Source: Eledone cirrhosa (lineage: Eukaryota). From it: a DNA stretch of 64,000 nucleotides. Both the position numbers and the translations under genes were made by a program. How positions within the stretch are numbered: the first letter of the stretch is position 1; every line of letters begins with the position of its first letter. The notes beneath the pieces were generated by a model. That model ran no database searches and had not been told where the DNA came from. It saw nothing but the letters and a program-made list of their open reading frames with translations. The stretch covers positions 176,948,001 to 177,012,000 of the forward strand of contig OZ024740.1 of the NCBI GenBank assembly GCA_964016885.1, read 5' to 3'. This document shows, in pieces, positions 55,656 through 64,000 of this stretch.

Positions 55656-55873
55656 GGAAAAAATGAAACGAAATTTCATTTCCCACTCTTAGTACGGCTG
55701 TTACTTAAATATAAGTATGTACACGTACATAGATATATGTTTACAAACACACCGACCATTATAATAAATGTTCGGTGAATCCATACCTACATATATATAT
55801 ATGTGTGCATGTATGTATATATATATACATGCTACTGTACGTATGTATACATATATGTATGTACGTGTACATA

Positions 55874-55875
<2 letters not shown>
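55652..55875. repeat. Rearranged, partly inverted fragment of the 439-bp repeat family
   Basis: aatgaaacgaaatttcattt..actcttagtacggc (reverse) joined to cattataataaatgttcggt (forward). Confidence 0.7.
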
Positions 55876-55920
<45 letters not shown>

Positions 55921-56116
55921 CGAAGAGAAAGTGGTAAGGAACCAGGTGGACCATAACGCACCAAAGTACTCAATATTTAGGGTAGTAGAGTGGGTAATAG
56001 GAACGAGTAGGACCCCGACGGCTGAGCTCAAGCCGTTTCGACGGGTAATTCTGGACATTGAGTCCAGAATTAGCCGTCGAAACGGCTTGAGCCTAGCCGT
56101 CGGGGTCCTACTCGTT

Positions 56117-56186
<70 letters not shown>

Positions 56187-56871
56187 AAGAAGAATGACCC
56201 CGACGGCAGAGCTAAAGCCGTTTCGATGGCTATTTCTGGACGGCTTGAGCTCTGCCGTCGGGGTCATTCTTTTTCCTATTACCCACTCTACTACCCTAAG
56301 TATTGAGTACTCTGGTGCGTTATGGTCCATCTCGTTCCTTACCACAATTCCTTCGTGTTAAATATATATATATATATATAGAATAAGGAATATTGTCGCG
56401 AGACTGGCGCACAGAACAGTATGGCCACTTTCGCCATTGAAATATATATCACAGCATTATTATTAAAGGACTTGAACATCTGAAACTACTTCGCTTTTCC
56501 TTTATTCGATATTTACTCCGTCACTCCTATGTGGAATAAGTACGTTGAGTGCTTGATTTGAATTGCATCAATATTTACCCTAAGTATATATCTGTATATA
56601 TATACGTATATATATATATATAGCTAAAACAGCCGTTATAACAGCTAAATGCCGTCAAAGACAGTGATGGGGAAAAATGCCTCAGAAGACAGAAACAAGC
56701 GGCCAGTGGTCAACAGAACGACAATCCACAAAATAGGTGACAGGCAGATAGAATATTGAAAGTATTAAAAGAGGATGATCATAAGGAGATTTGCGCATGA
56801 TCTGTATACACATGATCTGTATAGAACGTTCTAACGTCCATGTTTGTCCTTCCTGTTCCGTATAACCATGT

Positions 56872-56921
56872 CCATTATGAGCTGAGGATCCGATAAGGTG
56901 AAACAATTGTTTTCGGTATGG
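56872..56921 (+). ncRNA. Type I hammerhead ribozyme (minimal) within a ~400-bp TA-flanked element
   Basis: ccattatgag-CTGAGGA-tcc gataa ggt-GAAA-caattg-TT-ttcggtatgg; palindromic stem III acaattgt. Confidence 0.65.
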
Positions 56922-57011
56922 TGAACTAACTGTTGTGTAACCACCTCTACCTAACTCATCTCATGGACTGAGTGCTCTACCACTACGGATATTACCTTCC
57001 AGTGTTCTACC

Positions 57012-57060
<49 letters not shown>

Positions 57061-57096
57061 AGAAATAGGATTTCGCTTCAAGCATAGCTTTATACA

Positions 57097-57400
57097 ATAT
57101 GTATAAATATTTCGTATCTCCAAGGAAATACGGTTTTAGGAAGCCGTAGCTATGCAAACACCGGGGCTAACGCCCTCTGGTGATGTCCAGCAGAAGCAAG
57201 GGGGACAACCGTCTATGCATTTCAGGCTTAACTGGCCTTAGTCAGGACGGTCCCTCCACCGCTTACGACTGCTGGACTAGAAGACAGGCGAGAAAATATA
57301 CTTTTCTCGTCTGTGTAAATGAGGTGATTAATCTCATTTGCATATGAAGCTGCATAAGTTGGCTCAACTTATAATATTACCTTGGAGATACGAAATATTT

Positions 57401-57407
<7 letters not shown>
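57097..57407 (-). mobile_element. ~310-bp structured element closed by a 29-bp inverted repeat, with an HHR variant at 57208-57251
   Basis: atatgtataaatatttcgtatctccaagg / ccttggagatacgaaatatttatacatat; minus strand accgtc-CTGACTA-aggc..gcct-GAAA-tgca-TA-gacggt. Confidence 0.75.
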
Positions 57408-57493
<86 letters not shown>

Positions 57494-57903
57494 CACATGA
57501 ATAATCTATCCTGACTCATTTACTCATACACACGCACGTGCATGTGTTGTGCGGACATTTTGTGTACGTGTGTGTGTGTGTGTGATCGTGAGTGAGTATG
57601 TGGTTGTGCTCGTGAGACAGATATAGAAAGGGATAGGAAAGAAAACGAGGAAGAGAAAGCAAGTTAGGAACACAGACCATGAGTGGAAGAGGCAGACTAT
57701 ATGTATGCTTAAGTGTTTTTGTGTTAATATGAAAGTGTATGACCGTGTGTCAGTGTGTAATTATACATGTGTGAATGTTTCCGTGGGTGACTGTGTATAA
57801 GTGCGTGAGTTTCAATGAGTGTGTGTTTTTGTGTATGTGCGTTTGTTAGCGTATATGTGTGTATGATTGTTTGGGTGTGAGTGAACATTGTGTGTATGTA
57901 CGA

Positions 57904-57939
<36 letters not shown>

Positions 57940-58452
57940 GTGTGTGCGTGTGCATGTAAGTGTGTTTGTGTTCGAACAACCACCAGGGTGAGCTGAATTT
58001 AATGACGCCTCGTTTTCGTTTGCCTTCTGCAGGTTGTGTAGTGCGTGTGTACATACTGAAGCTTTGCTTTCACTATAACAGAAGTGGATAGAACGCTGGT
58101 AGCCTTTGCTGGAGAGGTTGTGTGTGATGCTAGAGTGAGAGATAGAGTTAAGTGTAATAGAAAGAAACGTGGATTTAATAGGGTGGAGGAAAAGGGAGGG
58201 GAACTGAGCAGACTTATCTCTTTCTGTCTCTATGTTCAATATATATGTATATATACTTTCTGTTTCAACAGCATTATAGATATGTATATGTATAATATAT
58301 ATATGCGCACGCGTATGTGTATATAAATAGACTTTGCGTTATATATATATATAATGAAAAATTTGAACAGGAACAAAACAGAGAGGCAGTACAACGAATG
58401 TTTATTAATTTCACGCTCTTGAGAGTGGGGTGGTGGTGGGGATATATATATA

Positions 58453-59705
58453 GGCTGCGGACGATATTTGAGGACAGATTTATGGTTTAAAAAAAACGCT
58501 TATATAATAACAGAAAAAAAACTGTATTCTTATAAAAATTGCATAAACACGAAGCTAAATTATCAATTTAATAATTTCATTCAATAAAACCACCATAAGC
58601 ATCAATAACTGCATCTACTGGGGTCGAAATCGTTTACAAGCTCGGATTAAGTGGTCCTTGTTAATATCGGACATGACTCGAATTATGGCGGCTTTCAAAT
58701 AATCTTTGGTGCTATGGGGGTGTTCATTGACATTTTTCTCAACGATGCTCCATACATAGTCCAGTTGATTGAGACCTGGAGAATTAGGAGACCAAATATT
58801 GGGGGTAATGTGATCATGCAAATTGTCAGCCATCTATTCTTGTGTCAATTGAGCCTTGTGTTATGGTGCAGAATCTTGTTGAAAGACATAAGGCCTTCCA
58901 TTGCATACACTGTTGATCCAAGGCTTAACAACTTTATCCAGAACCACTATATGCAGTAGCATTCACCCTAAGGCCTTGTGGAAAAACGTGAGGAGGTATC
59001 ACTTGTCCTTCATTGCTAACAACACCCAAAACCATGACACTTGCAGGAAATTGTGTGTGCATTACTCTTGGAACCTCAGAAGGGTCTGCACATAGCCACC
59101 TGTCATTTCGTCTGTTAGTTTTGTGGTCCTGGTCAACGTTTTTCTCATCTGAGAAAAACCAAATCACACCATCTTCTGATGGATGTTTAAGTTTGTTTAA
59201 AAGTCTTTTTGATCTGATTAAACGCTTTTCTTTTGTTTTTTCTGACATGAATTGACCTCTTCTCATCACGTAAGATTTGCATCTGATATCTTCATGCACA
59301 ATATTTCTGATTGTTTTTTTTTCTGACACACCAAAGTTTTTTTGCAATTGACATCATTGATTTTCCTTGATTGTCATCAATGTTTTGCTTAACTTCCTGA
59401 ATAAATTCAGGTCTCCTGATAGAATCAGAGCGCTTGGAATGTTTTTTACGTTTTGATACAGGCAATACGCTTCCATCTTCTTTCTCTAACTCACGCCGAA
59501 TCTTGTGGACAAAAGATCTTGTAACCTTCAGGAAACGAGATATTTCTAAATCCCCATGCTTAACCTTCAAAGCGACAATGATAGCATGCCTTTTCATTTC
59601 AGTAGTAAGCATAGTTATTTTCATTGTTATTTTCTGAAACGAAGTTCAATAAAAATTAGTCAAATAAAATAATGACTAAAAATACATGTGTCCTTAAATA
59701 CCGTT

Positions 59706-59709
<4 letters not shown>
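58453..59709 (-). mobile_element. Tc1/mariner DNA transposon (maT/DD37D-like), decayed transposase ~58565-59624
   Basis: WFFSDEK, NRRNDRW, FPASVMV, FQQDSAP, WSPNSPGLNQLDY; imperfect TIRs tgcggacgatatttgaggaca / tgtccttaaataccgttcgca; TA flanks. A small fragment also lies at 54762-54828. Confidence 0.88.
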
Positions 59710-59780
<71 letters not shown>

Positions 59781-59788
<8 letters not shown>

Positions 59789-62332
59789 TTGGAATAAATG
59801 CTCTGAAATAGCGATATATATGTGAATATAGACATAGAATATTCGAAAATATTCTGTATGTTTATAATAAACATTTTGAAGACCTAATCGCTATAGAATA
59901 GAATACGTCACGTATTACAATTAGATTCTCGATAAAAGCAAGGGAAGTAATCTACGCGTTTCATTCTTGTTAGAATTCATCAGGACTACATATCCAGTGC
60001 TTTTATCGAGAATGACACAGCTAGAGACTTATAGAATACTTAGCTGTGTACAGGAACTGGTTTGAAAGAGCGGTTGCCGGTCCGGCAGAAATTAGAAATT
60101 GGAATAAATGCTCTGAAATAGCGATATATATGTGAATATAGACATAGAATATTCGAAAATATTCTGTATGTTTATAATAAACATTTTGAAGACCTAATCG
60201 CTATAGAATAGAATACGTCACGTATTACAATTAGATTCTCGATAAAAGCAAGGGAAGTAATCTACGCGTTTCATTCTTGTTAGAATTCATCAGGACTACA
60301 TATCCAGTGCTTTTATCGAGAATGACACAGCTAGAGACTTATAGAATACTTAGCTGTGTACAGGAACTGGTTTGAAAGAGCGGTTGCCGGTCCGGCAGAA
60401 ATTAGAAATTGGAATAAATGCTCTGAAATAGCGATATATATGTGAATATAGACATAGAATATTCGAAAATATTCTGTATGTTTATAATAAACATTTTGAA
60501 GACCTAATCGCTATAGAATAGAATACGTCACGTATTACAATTAGATTCTCGATAAAAGCAAGGGAAGTAATCTACGCGTTTCATTCTTGTTAGAATTCAT
60601 CAGGACTACATATCCAGTGCTTTTATCGAGAATGACACAGCTAGAGACTTATAGAATACTTAGCTGTGTACAGGAACTGGTTTGAAAGAGCGGTTGCCGG
60701 TCCGGCAGAAATTAGAAATTGGAATAAATGCTCTGAAATAGCGATATATATGTGAATATAGACATAGAATATTCGAAAATATTCTGTATGTTTATAATAA
60801 ACATTTTGAAGACCTAATCGCTATAGAATAGAATACGTCACGTATTACAATTAGATTCTCGATAAAAGCAAGGGAAGTAATCTACGCGTTTCATTCTTGT
60901 TAGAATTCATCAGGACTACATATCCAGTGCTTTTATCGAGAATGACACAGCTAGAGACTTATAGAATACTTAGCTGTGTACAGGAACTGGTTTGAAAGAG
61001 CGGTTGCCGGTCCGGCAGAAATTAGAAATTGGAATAAATGCTCTGAAATAGCGATATATATGTGAATATAGACATAGAATATTCGAAAATATTCTGTATG
61101 TTTATAATAAACATTTTGAAGACCTAATCGCTATAGAATAGAATACGTCACGTATTACAATTAGATTCTCGATAAAAGCAAGGGAAGTAATCTACGCGTT
61201 TCATTCTTGTTAGAATTCATCAGGACTACATATCCAGTGCTTTTATCGAGAATGACACAGCTAGAGACTTATAGAATACTTAGCTGTGTACAGGAACTGG
61301 TTTGAAAGAGCGGTTGCCGGTCCGGCAGAAATTAGAAATTGGAATAAATGCTCTGAAATAGCGATATATATGTGAATATAGACATAGAATATTCGAAAAT
61401 ATTCTGTATGTTTATAATAAACATTTTGAAGACCTAATCGCTATAGAATAGAATACGTCACGTATTACAATTAGATTCTCGATAAAAGCAAGGGAAGTAA
61501 TCTACGCGTTTCATTCTTGTTAGAATTCATCAGGACTACATATCCAGTGCTTTTATCGAGAATGACACAGCTAGAGACTTATAGAATACTTAGCTGTGTA
61601 CAGGAACTGGTTTGAAAGAGCGGTTGCCGGTCCGGCAGAAATTAGAAATTGGAATAAATGCTCTGAAATAGCGATATATATGTGAATATAGACATAGAAT
61701 ATTCGAAAATATTCTGTATGTTTATAATAAACATTTTGAAGACCTAATCGCTATAGAATAGAATACGTCACGTATTACAATTAGATTCTCGATAAAAGCA
61801 AGGGAAGTAATCTACGCGTTTCATTCTTGTTAGAATTCATCAGGACTACATATCCAGTGCTTTTATCGAGAATGACACAGCTAGAGACTTATAGAATACT
61901 TAGCTGTGTACAGGAACTGGTTTGAAAGAGCGGTTGCCGGTCCGGCAGAAATTAGAAATTGGAATAAATGCTCTGAAATAGCGATATATATGTGAATATA
62001 GACATAGAATATTCGAAAATATTCTGTATGTTTATAATAAACATTTTGAAGACCTAATCGCTATAGAATAGAATACGTCACGTATTACAATTAGATTCTC
62101 GATAAAAGCAAGGGAAGTAATCTACGCGTTTCATTCTTGTTAGAATTCATCAGGACTACATATCCAGTGCTTTTATCGAGAATGACACAGCTAGAGACTT
62201 ATAGAATACTTAGCTGTGTACAGGAACTGGTTTGAAAGAGCGGTTGCCGGTCCGGCAGAAATTAGAAATTGGAATAAATGCTCTGAAATAGCGATATATA
62301 TGTGAATATAGACATAGAATATTCGAAAATAT
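59781..62332 (-). repeat. Tandem array of 8 apparently identical 310-bp HHR monomers plus ~70 bp (retrozyme-like)
   Basis: Unit starts at 59781, 60091, 60401, 60711, 61021, 61331, 61641, 61951, 62261; (TA)n on both sides. Confidence 0.97.
59947..59989 (-). ncRNA. Type I hammerhead ribozyme (repeats every 310 bp; last copy 62117-62159)
   Basis: Minus strand: gtagtc-CTGATGA-attct aaca agaat-GAAA-cgcg-TA-gattac; stem I extended by attctcgataaaagca/tgcttttatcgagaat. Confidence 0.9.
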
Positions 62333-62596
62333 ATATATATATATATAACGCTGTTGAAACTGTATCCACACATATTAACCATCATAAAAACCTCACCGTA
62401 ATAGCCAAAACGCTTTCCAACGCCGTAGATTTCTTCGGATTCACTAGAACATATTGAAGTCATAGCAAGTTAAAACATAATGAAATTTGTTATATGAAAC
62501 CAAATGAAATAAACTACCTCGAAAAATCTCCATCACTTCCTCCTATACCACAGCAGTGAAGTTGTAATATTTTTAATACCTCATCAGCACTATTTG

Positions 62597-62760
62597 ATTT
62601 GGCAGTATTGGTAGAGGGTTGGACACCATGCTTTCTAGCATAGTTACGCCCCTTTACGGTCTGAGTTCAAATCCCGTCGCGGTTAACTTTGCCTTTCATC
62701 CTTACGGGGTCGATAAAATAAAGTACCAGTAATGCCTTGTGCCAAAAGTTGAAACAACTA
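62597..62760 (+). mobile_element. SINE
   Basis: Family motifs. Confidence 0.8.
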
Positions 62761-62776
62761 TTTTATTAACTCGTAT

Positions 62777-62850
62777 TGCTCTGCTGCGCAATCGATTAGC
62801 GCCTTCGGCTGTCAACCGAAAGGTTGGTGGTTCGAGCCCACCCACGTACG
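62777..62850 (+). pseudogene. tRNA-Asn pseudogene (anticodon GTT>GTC, broken acceptor stem)
   Basis: gcgcaatcg.ttagcgc.ttcggctgtcaaccgaaaggttggtggttcgagcccaccca closely follows the metazoan tRNA-Asn sequence. Confidence 0.8.
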
Positions 62851-63378
62851 AGTTCAAATTTTATATTTTCAAAGTAGAAACAATTAATTTAAGTATTTGA
62901 AAATTGTATATTCATTCAAAATATATCAAGACCATTCCTATGTAGTTATTCTAATATAACCTTGTGTTAATCACTGTCTTATATGTAGTATACTCAAACT
63001 GCAGAACTCGTCGTATATGTATTAAAGAATTTGCTAACTGATGAAGTGTACAGTAATGTTATATCTGTATATATACAGGGTGGGTAACTAAGAATGTAAT
63101 GTATATACATATAGACAAATATATCTAATATCAAGTATGCAAACTTGCCAGAAAGTACGAATTTCCCTGTAAATATATATAAGCATATATATATAAATAA
63201 ATATATATATATATGTGTGTGTGTGTGATTGTGATTCTGTGTGTGTTTGTGTGCGTATATGGAAGTTGTATATATATAGAGATTATAAGACGTTTGGTTA
63301 AGAAGGGCACAGATGTTTAAACATTTGGAGTGATAAAGGCAAGAGATCATTTAAAGGGAAACAGATGTAAGCATTCAA

Positions 63379-63473
<95 letters not shown>

Positions 63474-64000
63474 GAGAGAGAGAGATATATAATTGATAAA
63501 ACATATGTATATTTATTCTAGGAAATTTGTTTCTATTCATAAGTGTGTGTGATAATTTTAGTGTGAGATATGCGTTAGTGAGTTATTGTCAGGGTGCCAA
63601 TGTGGGGTACGTAGTGGTTGAGTAGAAGGCATACAGATGTCGGCATAGATAACGCTGTGTGGTCACTTAGACGCAGAGAGGGGCAGGCCTAGCAGCAAAT
63701 ATTGAGATAAATGAAAAGATATTGTTCAGTGATAAAGACTCTCCGTATAACTAGACAGCAATATACAAAGACCCATTTCAACTCGCATATCTAAGGAGAT
63801 GTCAAGGAAGAGTCGGGTTCCGGTCATTATGATAGTAACCTGAGTTGATCGATATGGAAACGATTGCAATATGCCAATAACGTTTATGCTGCAGCGGTAA
63901 CTTCGATCCTACTTAATTTTATTTATACTCTGCACAGTGAAGTCACTTTAACTCTGGAACACAACCGATCATGAGACAGGTGTTGTAACAGGATCGAGTA

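Noticed and set aside
59781-62332. CRISPR-like array or simple centromeric satellite
   Set aside because: No variable spacers and no cas genes; eukaryotic context; the unit is better explained by its HHR and fold

Overview
AT-rich eukaryotic (animal) repeat-dominated window with no convincing host protein-coding gene. The tRNA-derived SINE and the microsatellite load resemble octopus/cephalopod DNA (inference). It holds an intact full-length L1-clade/Tx1-like LINE nested in a decayed Penelope-like element (PLE), a young PLE arranged as a ~5.1-kb inverted structure, older PLE, R4-like, CRE-like and RTE fragments, a maT-like Tc1/mariner element, a non-autonomous Helitron, about 14 copies of one SINE and a tRNA-Asn pseudogene. 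The most striking hidden layer is RNA-based. At least 7 different non-coding (TA)n-embedded element families carry type I hammerhead ribozyme (HHR) motifs with palindromic stem III, read by eye. These include an array of 8 apparently identical 310-bp HHR monomers (retrozyme/circular-RNA-like), a 439-bp HHR tandem, and an HHR with a branched ~100-nt stem II that covaries between two copies. The SINE also appears to share its 3' stem-loop and tail with the intact LINE. All ribozyme calls are manual and untested.
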